A stretch of 62,851 nucleotides of DNA, the filler included. It is 10 parts of 10 records of this genome, joined end to end, with 100 filler letters (N's around TTAATTAATTAA, not from the genome) between each part and the next. Parts side by side here need not be neighbours in the genome. Positions count along the whole stretch, not along the records: positions 43,250 to 52,516 come from SRR31156797_127863; positions 52,617 to 57,682 come from SRR31156797_127878; positions 57,783 to 62,851 come from SRR31156797_127962; 7 more parts are not named here. One strand, given 5' to 3'. The position numbers were made by a program, and so were the translations under genes. The notes under the pieces were generated by a model. It had not been told where the DNA came from. It saw only the letters and a program-made list of their open reading frames with translations, and did not search any database. Positions 48,258-58,929 of the stretch are shown one piece after another (within the stretch, counting starts at the first letter, position 1; every line of letters begins with the position of its first letter).

Positions 48258-49187
48258 TCAGCCTTCGGTCGTTTCCTCGACACCACCTTCACCGGTTCCG
48301 CGCAGAAGGATTATGGAAATCCGTCGGTTCCGTGGGTTGTCGACATCGTCTGCCATCAAAGGCTCCTCGGCTGCCTTGCCGACGACACGGGAGATGCGTT
48401 CCTCTGGCACGCCAAGCTGCAACAAGGCCCGGCGACTTGCATTGGCGCGATCCGCAGATAGCTCCCAGTTGGTATAACCTTGCGCGCCGCCCTGGAATTT
48501 GGTTGCGTCCGTATGTCCCGTAATCGCGACCTTTTGCGGCATCTTTTCAATGACTTGCGCAACCAGGCTCAGCATATTCCTTGTGTGATCGAACATCTGG
48601 GCCGTGCCGCGCGGAAACATGGCCAAACCTTCCTGATCGACGATTTGGACCCGAAGACCTTCCGGCGTGTTGTCGATCAACAGGCTTTCGGCCATCTGCT
48701 GCAGGGATGGAATACTGTTTATGGCTTGGCGCAGGGCTTCTTCCGCCGCCTGGAACTGCTCTTCCTCCACCTTTTTCATGACTTCTTCGGCCGTTTCCTC
48801 GTCCACTTTGTTGGGATCGGCTTCAGCTTCGGCTTCGGCATCGTCACTTGAACCACCGGATCCGGCACTGGGTGCCGGCAGGTCCATGACGATTTCGGGC
48901 GGTCGGCTTATCGGACTGCCCATGGCGCCGGCTTCGGCAACGCTCAAGCCGCCAAGGACTCCGCCGGCACCGCTGGTCGTTGCCGAGACGCTCTCTGGCG
49001 CGAAGTAATTGGAAATGCCTTCCAATTGCTCCTGCGTAACCGAGTTCAGCAGCCAAAGTAGCAGAAAAAACGCCATCATGGCGGTTACGAAGTCGGCATA
49101 GGCGACCTTCCACGCGCCGCCGTGGGCGGCGTGACCACCTTTCTTCACTTTCTTGATGATTATTGGGCTTTTGCCGGTATCCGCCAT
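48258..49187 (-). CDS. motB: Flagellar motor stator MotB
   Basis: HGGAWKVAYADFVTAMMAFFL, GHTD, NWELSADRA and NRRI motifs. Confidence 0.96.
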   Translation of the reverse strand: MADTGKSPIIIKKVKKGGHAAHGGAWKVAYADFVTAMMAFFLLLWLLNSVTQEQLEGISNYFAPESVSATTSGAGGVLGGLSVAEAGAMGSPISRPPEIVMDLPAPSAGSGGSSDDAEAEAEADPNKVDEETAEEVMKKVEEEQFQAAEEALRQAINSIPSLQQMAESLLIDNTPEGLRVQIVDQEGLAMFPRGTAQMFDHTRNMLSLVAQVIEKMPQKVAITGHTDATKFQGGAQGYTNWELSADRANASRRALLQLGVPEERISRVVGKAAEEPLMADDVDNPRNRRISIILLRGTGEGGVEETTEG

Positions 49188-49199
49188 AATGCCTATCCG

Positions 49200-50063
49200 C
49201 TATGCCTGGACTGGCAGGTTTTGCACCATTTCCTCTACTTCGGTAAACGAAGGCCGGACATCGGAACTCAGGATTTTTCTGCTGAACTCGACCGAAACCT
49301 GCGGTGCGTAACCCTGCATGTGAGCGATCAGGCCGACCTTGATGCATTGCAAGTATTGTGACTCGGCGTTGAAGGTTTGCTCAAGGGATTTGCCCATCGG
49401 AGAGACGAGACCATATGACATCAAAATGCCACTGAATGTTCCGACGAGGGCGCCGCCAATCAAATGGCCGAGCACCTCGGGGGGTTCGGTGATCGACCCC
49501 ATGGTGTGAATAATGCCCAAAACAGCGGCGACGATGCCAAGGGCCGGCAACGCATCACCAAGCGTCGTGACGGCTCCCGAAATGGCATGCATTTCACCGT
49601 GATGAACCTCAAGTTCAGCGTCCATCACGGCTTCCATCTCATAGGCATTGCTGGTGCCCAGCGTCAAAAGGCGAAGATAGTCGCACAAAAAAAGCAGGGC
49701 ATGATGGTCTTTGGAAAATTTTGGAAATGACTGAAAGAGCGGGCTTTCGCTTGGCTGCTCAACATGGCTTTCCAGGGCCAGGTCACCCTTTGATTTTGCC
49801 AGGCGGAAAACCGCGTACAGCATGCCGATCAATTCAAGATAACTTGCCTTGTTATATTTTGAGCCTTTGAGTATCGATCCAAACGATTTGGCGGCGCCTG
49901 ATATTACAGGCTTCGGGTTGGCAATAAGGAAGGCGCCGATTCCGGCACCGAAGATGATCACAAATTCGAATGGCATCCACAGGACGCCAAGGTGGCCGCC
50001 GCCACCCAAGTACCCCCCGACAACGCTTCCGACGACAACGACGAAACCAATGATGAAAAACAT
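49200..50063 (-). CDS. motA: Flagellar motor stator MotA
   Basis: P.EFVII.GA, PALGIVAAVLG and GALVGTF.GI motifs. Confidence 0.96.
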   Translation of the reverse strand: MFFIIGFVVVVGSVVGGYLGGGGHLGVLWMPFEFVIIFGAGIGAFLIANPKPVISGAAKSFGSILKGSKYNKASYLELIGMLYAVFRLAKSKGDLALESHVEQPSESPLFQSFPKFSKDHHALLFLCDYLRLLTLGTSNAYEMEAVMDAELEVHHGEMHAISGAVTTLGDALPALGIVAAVLGIIHTMGSITEPPEVLGHLIGGALVGTFSGILMSYGLVSPMGKSLEQTFNAESQYLQCIKVGLIAHMQGYAPQVSVEFSRKILSSDVRPSFTEVEEMVQNLPVQA

Positions 50064-50296
50064 TCAAACCCCACGAGAACCGGTTCTTGCCGGCGTTGCG
50101 ATTGCCGACGCAACCTTTGCTATTGTATTTGTAATGCGCGCAAACGCACCTCTTTGGCCGAGAACACAAGGCCTAGAATGTTTCTCCACTCCCCACTCGA
50201 AAAAGAATAGTCGATAGGGCGAGGATAAAGAACCGTTTTCAACAAAACGTTCCCTATGATGGACCAACCATTGAAACCGACGGATTGAATATTTAG

Positions 50297-50815
50297 TTGA
50301 AACGCGGTGCCATGGCCAGGGGGAAAAATTTGTCGATCGATCAGGAGGACTTCAGACGCGTCCTGGGCCGTTTTGCCAGCGGTGTAACGGTCGTCACCGG
50401 AATACGCCCCGACGGTGGACTGGCTGGTGTTACGGCCAGCGCCTTCACCTCCGTATCCATTGAACCGCCCCTTGTTTCGGTGTGTCTTTCAAAGGAAACG
50501 AAGTGCCTGGCCGCCTTCGTTGATCAAAACCATTTTGCAATTAATATTCTGGCCGAAGGGCAAATGGCGGTGTCGGAAAACTTTGCGCGACGCACGAACG
50601 ACAAGTTTACAAAGATCGACCATCGGGCGGGCAAGAACGGTTGCCCTTTGTTGTCCGGTTGCCTGGCTACGATCGAATGTATGCGAGAAGCGGTCCATAA
50701 TGCCGGCGATCATGTCCTGATTATCGGCCGCGTTCAACGTTTTGAATGTGCCGATCACGAGCCTTTGATCCACTTCCAAGGGGAATACCGACAACTCAAC
50801 GGTGTCATTGAGTGA
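50297..50815 (+). CDS. Flavin reductase (HpaC/RutF-like); start may be a few codons downstream
   Basis: FRRVLGRFASGVTVVT, TSVSIEPPLV and AGDH motifs. Confidence 0.92.
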   Translation: MKRGAMARGKNLSIDQEDFRRVLGRFASGVTVVTGIRPDGGLAGVTASAFTSVSIEPPLVSVCLSKETKCLAAFVDQNHFAINILAEGQMAVSENFARRTNDKFTKIDHRAGKNGCPLLSGCLATIECMREAVHNAGDHVLIIGRVQRFECADHEPLIHFQGEYRQLNGVIE

Positions 50816-50828
50816 TCCGAAGCGTCGT

Positions 50829-52515
<1,687 letters not shown>

Positions 52516-52616
52516 ANNNNNNNNNNNNNNNNNNNNNNNNNNNNNNNNNNNNNNNNNNNNTTAATTAATTAANNNNNNNNNNNNNNNNNNNNNNNNNNNN
52601 NNNNNNNNNNNNNNNN

Positions 52617-53712
52617 CGAACCAGATGGGGTCGTATCCCAGATTGACGGCAATGGGATAAAATATGGGGATTGTGAGCATGATCAACGCCAATGAGTCGA
52701 TAAAACAGCCGCCCAGTAGAAAAATCAGGCAAATCATTCCCATAATGGCCCAGGCCGGCCAGTCGAGCAGGGCCACGGCATTGGCCAGTTCAAGGGGAAT
52801 ACGCGTCAAAGCCAGAAAATGACCGAAGATGGTGGCTCCCGCGATCAGCATGATGACCATGCAGGATATCTTGAGGGTGCCGTAAACGGCGTTCTGGAAA
52901 TTTTCCCAGGACAGCTTCCGCCTGAGCACGACGATCAAAAGGATGGTAAAGGCGCCCACGGCCCCCGATTTTGTGGGGGTGAACAGCCCCGTAATCAACC
53001 CCCCCATGACAAACAGGAACACCGCAAGGGTTTCCCAGAGTTCCTTCAGGGAGTAGATCATCTCCTTGAAGGTGTATTTTTCCCCTTTGGGCCCCTGCTC
53101 CGGTTTCATGGCGCAGTAGATTCGGATGGCCGCCATAAAGAGAAGGGTAATGAAAACGGCCGGCAGAACACCCGCAACGAACAGGGCGCCGATGGACTGT
53201 TCCGTCAGGATGCCGTAAACGATGAGGACCACGCTGGGCGGCATCAGTGAGCCGAGACCGCCGCCCGAGGCCACGCAGCCGGTGGCCAGTTCGCTTCCGT
53301 ATTTATACCGTTTCATCTCGGGAAGGCCGATGGTCCCCATGGTGGCGGTGGTGGCCGTGGCGGAGCCGCAGACGGCGCCGAAGGCGGCGCAGGCCGCCAC
53401 GGTGGCCATGGCGAGCCCTCCCCTGACCCTTCCGATGAATTTATTGGCCACATCATAGAGCGATGTACTGACGCCGGCATAAAAAGCGATGTAGCCCATG
53501 AACACAAACAGGGGTATGAGCGTCAAACCGTAAGATGAAAATACGCTGAAGACATCGGTGGAAAGCAGGCGCAGTCCGGCCTTCAGGTTGGTCAGATAGG
53601 AAAAACCGATGAATCCCACAAGGGCCATGGCGTATGCCACCGCCATGCGGGAAAACAGCACGATGATGAGAACAACGATACCGATAATGCCGACGATGGT
53701 GAATTCACTCAT
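52617..53712 (-). CDS. dctM: TRAP large permease, 3' truncated
   Basis: IPLFVFMG, CGSATAT, LGSLMPPS, FTPTKSG and GYDPIWF motifs. Confidence 0.93.
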
Positions 53713-54182
53713 TTGGGTCCTCTTCTATTAAGGAGCGTCAGAAATTCAATAAAAATGACCAGGGCCAGGATACCGCAGGCAAACGACACGCCGTATATGA
53801 GATAGAAGGTGGGAAACTGCAGCGTTGCGGAGACCTGTCCGGATTCACCCATTTCACTGGCGTATAACCAGCACTGCCACGCCACAAGAGCGAAAAGGCC
53901 TGACGACAGAAAGGCCACCACAATGTCATTTACGTTCCTGATGCGTGGAGACAACCGCATGTGAAGAAGGTCCACCCCCACATGCCCCTTTTCCAATTCC
54001 GTGGAAGGGAGGGCGAAAGCCAACAGCAAAAATGCCATCATACCGGTCAATTCTTCGGATCCCAGAAGCGGGTAGCCGAAAAGACTGCCCACCACATCGG
54101 CGCATGTCAACAGCATCATGCCGATGAGGCATATGCCGCCGGCCCTTTTAAGGATCTCCGACAGCCATTTCGCAATATTCAT
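53709..54182 (-). CDS. dctQ: TRAP small permease
   Basis: ADVVG...GSEEL and GHVGVD motifs; four TM helices; ATG at 54182 with a GGAGG RBS. Confidence 0.9.
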   Translation of the reverse strand: MNIAKWLSEILKRAGGICLIGMMLLTCADVVGSLFGYPLLGSEELTGMMAFLLLAFALPSTELEKGHVGVDLLHMRLSPRIRNVNDIVVAFLSSGLFALVAWQCWLYASEMGESGQVSATLQFPTFYLIYGVSFACGILALVIFIEFLTLLNRRGPK

Positions 54183-54264
54183 GTTTTCCTCCGGAGAACC
54201 CGGGGGAAGGTTTTCCCCCGGGTTCATTTTTAGCAACCGTTCACGGGTTCAGGTTTATGGTCCG

Positions 54265-54320
54265 GTTCCACGCTCCGGCGTGGTCAACGGTACGCATTCC
54301 CACGCTGGAGCTTGGGAACG
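54265..54320. repeat. Inverted pair of REP-like palindromes
   Basis: GTTCCACGCTCCGGCGTGG (54265-54283) and GCATTCCCACGCTGGAGCTTGGGAACG (54294-54320); the reverse complement of the second, CGTTCCCAAGCTCCAGCGTGGGAATGC, resembles the first. Confidence 0.65.
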
Positions 54321-54347
54321 AGAAAACGGTTGTGAAAGAGCCCTCAG

Positions 54348-55436
54348 TTAGTTCTTCTCCATATATTTGCTCTCAAATTTTCCTTTGTTATTGTCTTTCA
54401 ACCGCTTTTGCACATATTCAAGGACTTCATCGCCGGGGAGACCTTTCTTTTTGTTCCCGTCAATATAATCCTGGAGCACCGGCCGGACCGCTTTGGTCCA
54501 CCGTTTCGCTTCCTTGGGACCGATGCCGATCATGGAATTGCCGGACTGAAGCAGGAAATTGACACCCTCAAAGGCGCCCGCTTCCCAGGCCTTTCCATGT
54601 TTGAAGACCCATTCCCGGTTGATTTCTTCGATGATTTTCTTGTCCTTGTCTGAAAGCGCGTTCCATTTGTCCTTGTTCATGACAATGAAGAAACCCAATG
54701 AGTAGGCTGTGGGATAGCAGGCGATGACATAGTCGGTCACCTCCGCCATTTTCCACCCCTTGTTGCTTTCCAGCGGATACAACCCACCCTGAACCACCCC
54801 TTTTTGAAGGGACTGATACAGTTCATTCATGGGGAAAGCGGTGGGCGTGCCGCCGAGGGCCTTGACCATGGAGGCCGTGGGGCCGTGGGACCTGATTTTG
54901 AGCCCCTTGAGATCTTCCATTTTATGGACGGCTTTCCCTTTGGTGTGGATGAATCCGGGACCATGGGCATGCAGGTACATGACTTTTACTTCGTCCAGTT
55001 CCTTGGGCTGGAACTTTTCATATACTTCATTGATGATGGCCGTTGAAACCTGTCCGCTGGGGTACCCCAGGGGGAGATTAATGAAGTCCATCATGGGGAA
55101 GCGCCCCCTCGTGTACTGCAAAACCGAAGAGCCCACATCCGAAAGACCCGTCTTCACACCCTGGTAGTTCTGCTTGGCTTTGGTCAGAGTCTGACCCGGA
55201 TAATGAACGATTTTGACCCGTCCGTCGGTCCGTTTTTCAACCTCTTTGCACCATGCGGCCTCCAGTTTGCTTTGAGCATGGGTGGGGGGCATGAATCCAC
55301 TGTAGGTCATATTGATCGTCTCCCCTGCAACCGCGGCCGCGGGCAACAGGAAACAGAAGAGCGCCAGGATTGAAAGCATTATTCCCAAGAGAGAGACTTT
55401 CGCTGCAACGTCACCATGAGAAACCATTTTTTTCAT
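54348..55436 (-). CDS. dctP: TRAP solute-binding protein
   Basis: Signal peptide, EVEKRTDGRVK, YTRGRFP, DLKGLKIR and ELYQSLQKGVV motifs; ATG at 55436 with an AGGAGG RBS. Confidence 0.93.
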   Translation of the reverse strand: MKKMVSHGDVAAKVSLLGIMLSILALFCFLLPAAAVAGETINMTYSGFMPPTHAQSKLEAAWCKEVEKRTDGRVKIVHYPGQTLTKAKQNYQGVKTGLSDVGSSVLQYTRGRFPMMDFINLPLGYPSGQVSTAIINEVYEKFQPKELDEVKVMYLHAHGPGFIHTKGKAVHKMEDLKGLKIRSHGPTASMVKALGGTPTAFPMNELYQSLQKGVVQGGLYPLESNKGWKMAEVTDYVIACYPTAYSLGFFIVMNKDKWNALSDKDKKIIEEINREWVFKHGKAWEAGAFEGVNFLLQSGNSMIGIGPKEAKRWTKAVRPVLQDYIDGNKKKGLPGDEVLEYVQKRLKDNNKGKFESKYMEKN

Positions 55437-55538
55437 CTTGAAAAACCTCCTGTGTTTTGGAATTAAAGGGGGGTATGAGACGGACTCGCCAGTTCCTCCA
55501 GGCTGGTTCAAGCACCCATCTGAAAGCCAACAAAGGCT

Positions 55539-56864
55539 TTAGGTTTCACGGATTACTCTTTTTGCCTTCAGTTCAAACCGGGGAAGTTCACCTGCTTCAA
55601 CCACTTCCACTTCCGGTGTAAACGTGATTCTGTATTTAAATTCTTCCATGAATCGATCAAGGGCCTGTTGCATCTCTTTTGCAGAGACTCGGTTTGATTC
55701 CGGCTCTACGCGGATTTTCAACCGATTTCCGCTGCCCATTTTGGGAACGATAATCTGGTATTCATTGGAAAAACAGTCCACGTTGCGAATAACATTTTCT
55801 ATGGCGGATGGAAACACATTTACGCCTGCAAACTGAAACATATCGTCGGATCGGCCCAGTATGCCGCCATCCAGCCTCAAAAGCGTTCGGCCGCATTCAC
55901 AGGTTTCCCGGTCAAATCTTACCAGATCCTTGATGCGATAACGGATGAGCGGCATGGTTTCCGTACACAGGTTGGAGAGTACCAACTCCCCCACTTCACC
56001 CTCATTCACCGGTTCAAGGGTGTCCGGGTTGAGGCACTCCGCATAAAACATGTTTTCATTCACATGGGTTCCCTTTTGAAAAATACATTCAAAACCGAAA
56101 TTGGAGATTTCACTGGAACCGATATCGTCATAGCATTTGGCGCCCCAGATGCTCTCTATGGCCTGTTTTGTGGATTTCACGTTGGCCCCCGGTTCTCCAG
56201 CCGCAACCACCACCGAAATTTGGGAGTCAGCCAGGGAGATACCCATTTTACTTGCCACTTCGCCCAGGTGGAGGAGGTAGGTGGGGGTACCGCAGACCAC
56301 GGTGGCGCCCCAATCCAAAATGTTCCTCACCCGGTCCTTTGAGGACTGGGCGCCCCCCGGCACGATCATCACGCCCGCTTGCTCAAGGGCCGCCTGGAAA
56401 CCCCACCAGGCGATGTAAAGTCCATAACCGAACGGCACATAGAGGATGTCCGATGTTTTGATGCCGTAAGCGTTCATGAAATGCATGAACTGTTCATAAA
56501 AATGGACGGTCCAGTCTTTTTGATTCAGCATGACCTTCACCGGGATCCCCGTGGTTCCCGTGGTCTGAAATACCCGTACGCCCTCTTCGGGCGGGACGCA
56601 CATGAAATCGCCCCATGGGGGATTATTTTTCTGGCTTTCCCGCAACTCTTCCTTCACCGTGAAGGGAACCCTCGAAATATCGGAGAGGGTTTTGATGTCG
56701 GCCGGCTTGATGCCGGCCGCATCATATTTTCGCTTGTACATGGGGCTTTTTTCATACACGTAAGCCATGCGTTCCCGGAAGCGCTCCAGTTGCAGGGTTT
56801 CCCGCTTCTCCCGAGGCATGGTTTCCATTTCATTGTTCCAATACCGCACCTGTTTCATCTCCAA
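55539..56864 (-). CDS. Phenylacetate-CoA ligase (PaaK)-family aryl/heteroaryl-CoA ligase
   Basis: PFTVKEELR, TTGTTG.P, AGEPG, MPLIRYR..D and ILGRSDDM...GVNVFPS motifs. Confidence 0.9.
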   Translation of the reverse strand: MEMKQVRYWNNEMETMPREKRETLQLERFRERMAYVYEKSPMYKRKYDAAGIKPADIKTLSDISRVPFTVKEELRESQKNNPPWGDFMCVPPEEGVRVFQTTGTTGIPVKVMLNQKDWTVHFYEQFMHFMNAYGIKTSDILYVPFGYGLYIAWWGFQAALEQAGVMIVPGGAQSSKDRVRNILDWGATVVCGTPTYLLHLGEVASKMGISLADSQISVVVAAGEPGANVKSTKQAIESIWGAKCYDDIGSSEISNFGFECIFQKGTHVNENMFYAECLNPDTLEPVNEGEVGELVLSNLCTETMPLIRYRIKDLVRFDRETCECGRTLLRLDGGILGRSDDMFQFAGVNVFPSAIENVIRNVDCFSNEYQIIVPKMGSGNRLKIRVEPESNRVSAKEMQQALDRFMEEFKYRITFTPEVEVVEAGELPRFELKAKRVIRET

Positions 56865-56893
56865 CCTCCCCTTTTGATCCCTTTAGCACAGGC

Positions 56894-57682
56894 CTATTTG
56901 ATTTTCCCCAAACCTCTCAATATTTTTTCCGGCGTAAAGGGCGTTTCGAAAAGCCTTACCCCCACTGCGTCGTATATGGCATTGGCAATGGCCGCCAGGA
57001 TGGCGGACACATATCCCTCGCCCACCTCCTTGGTCCGGTACGGTTTTCCGATCCGGTATTCTTCCGTGATCACGTCCAGATGTTCCGAAGGGGCGATGTT
57101 GCGGATGGAGGGCATCCGGTAATCGAGCCAGTTCGGATTCAGGGTGCGCCCTTTTTCCATCATGACCTCTTCCATGAACGCATGCCCGAGGGCCATGGAA
57201 ATTTGACCGTCGATCTGCCCTTCCACCAAAAGGGGATTAATGGGAAATCCGCAGTCATGGGCGGTCACGGCTTTGAGCAGTCGGACCTTTCCCGTCTCCG
57301 TATCCACCTCCACCTCGGCGGTCTGGGCGTCAAAGGCGTAATTTTCCGTCCATCTCCCCTTTGTGCTGGCCAGGCTCGGGTGGACCGGTTCATCTCTCAT
57401 GGTGCGCCAGTGCCCGTGTCCGATGACCGGGTCCCCCCGATGTTTCTGAATGGAGAGGGCCACAAGCCTTCCGTACGACAATGCGCTGTCCGGTGAGCCC
57501 GATACAAAGACCTGTTTGTCCCGGACCATCAGGTCTTCCTTGTTGGCTTCCAGCTCCCGGGCGGCAATTTCCATCAATTTTTCCCTCACATTGCCCGCCG
57601 CCACCCGCGCCGCATTACCGCATACATAGGCGTTGCCGCTGATCCAGCTTCCGATGTCCACGGGGGTGGCTTCCGTGTCCGC
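56894..57682 (-). CDS. Xanthine dehydrogenase-family molybdopterin-binding subunit, 5' partial
   Basis: AEVEVDTETG, HDCG.PINP..VEGQ, KEVGE and AIANAIYDAVGVR...P.TPE motifs. Confidence 0.92.
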   Translation of the reverse strand, partial: ADTEATPVDIGSWISGNAYVCGNAARVAAGNVREKLMEIAARELEANKEDLMVRDKQVFVSGSPDSALSYGRLVALSIQKHRGDPVIGHGHWRTMRDEPVHPSLASTKGRWTENYAFDAQTAEVEVDTETGKVRLLKAVTAHDCGFPINPLLVEGQIDGQISMALGHAFMEEVMMEKGRTLNPNWLDYRMPSIRNIAPSEHLDVITEEYRIGKPYRTKEVGEGYVSAILAAIANAIYDAVGVRLFETPFTPEKILRGLGKIK

Positions 57683-57784
57683 NNNNNNNNNNNNNNNNNN
57701 NNNNNNNNNNNNNNNNNNNNNNNNNNTTAATTAATTAANNNNNNNNNNNNNNNNNNNNNNNNNNNNNNNNNNNNNNNNNNNNCC

Positions 57785-58846
57785 GATGGAGCCGCCTACG
57801 CCCTGATTATTAAAATCCCCAAGAACTCGGAAGATGCGGATATAAAAGCCGGGGTTATGGTTCCTGAATACCTTGTTGGTTCGGATCTGGAAACCGCTGT
57901 CTTTAAGATGATCAGGAATGTTCTCCTTATTTCGGTTGCCGCTCTGCTTGTCATCGTCTTCTTCCTGAGCCGTATTACCTGGACGGCGGTTATCCGTCCA
58001 CTCAGGGAGTTGAATGCCGGCCTTAGGGAGGTAAACGCCGGGAGGCTCGATACTGTTCTTGATTTCCGTGCCCATATTGAGTTTGAACAGGTTCGCAATG
58101 CCTTTAACGATATGAGCCGGGAACTTCAAAAGCAGCGTGAAGAGAATCTGAAACTCTCGGAGGGGAAGAAACAGTTTATCCTTGATATCTCCCACGATCT
58201 GCGAACGCCGATCACGACAATAAGCGGTTACTCGGAAGCCCTTGTTAACGGGATGGTAAAGACCGATGAGGAGCGTGAGAAGTACCTGAAATATATAAGG
58301 AATAAATCCCTTGTTATGGCCGATCTAATAAACAGGCTTTTTGATTATTCCCGGCTTGAAAGCGGTAAGGAAACTTTGCGAATGCAACAGGAGGATATGG
58401 CGGCCTGTTTCCGCAATACGATCATTGGTTACTACGGAGAACTTGAGTCCGCTGGCTTCGAGATGGAGATTCAAATTCCGGAGCAGCTGGTACCGGTGGT
58501 ATGCAGCCGGGTAGAAATGGAGCGGGCCGTCGGGAATATTATTGCCAACCAGATTAAATACAACCCTTCAGGGACCAGGGTTCTTTACGCCCTGGAGGTA
58601 ACAGAAAAGACCCTCCTCCTGACCCTGAAGGATGAGGGTATCGGTATAGAGGAGAAAGTCCTGGACAGAATCTTCGATGTAATGGTCCGGGGGGATGAGT
58701 CCCGTCACGGGGTTTCAGGAACAGGCCTGGGCCTGGCAATAACAAAAAAGGTGATCGAACTCCACGGGGGAACCGTCGGGGTAAAAAGCAGGCCCGGCGA
58801 GGGTACTGTGTTTTATATTTCTATACCAAAAATTAACGAAAACTAA
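57785..58846 (+). CDS. HAMP-containing sensor histidine kinase, 5' partial
   Basis: ISHDLRTP H-box, NIIANQIKY N-box, DEGIGI and GTGLGLAI. Confidence 0.95.
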   Translation, partial: DGAAYALIIKIPKNSEDADIKAGVMVPEYLVGSDLETAVFKMIRNVLLISVAALLVIVFFLSRITWTAVIRPLRELNAGLREVNAGRLDTVLDFRAHIEFEQVRNAFNDMSRELQKQREENLKLSEGKKQFILDISHDLRTPITTISGYSEALVNGMVKTDEEREKYLKYIRNKSLVMADLINRLFDYSRLESGKETLRMQQEDMAACFRNTIIGYYGELESAGFEMEIQIPEQLVPVVCSRVEMERAVGNIIANQIKYNPSGTRVLYALEVTEKTLLLTLKDEGIGIEEKVLDRIFDVMVRGDESRHGVSGTGLGLAITKKVIELHGGTVGVKSRPGEGTVFYISIPKINEN

Positions 58847-58929
58847 AGGTTCAATAGAGGCCGGGTAAAGGTTCCTTTTTTAGAATGTGATTATCAGATT
58901 GGATAATCGATTCTTTAAAGGAGCTTGAT

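Noticed and set aside
47436..50063. motA-motB-ate adjacency as a novel motor-proteolysis link
   Set aside because: All three are ordinary genes and nothing in the sequence indicates functional coupling beyond co-orientation.
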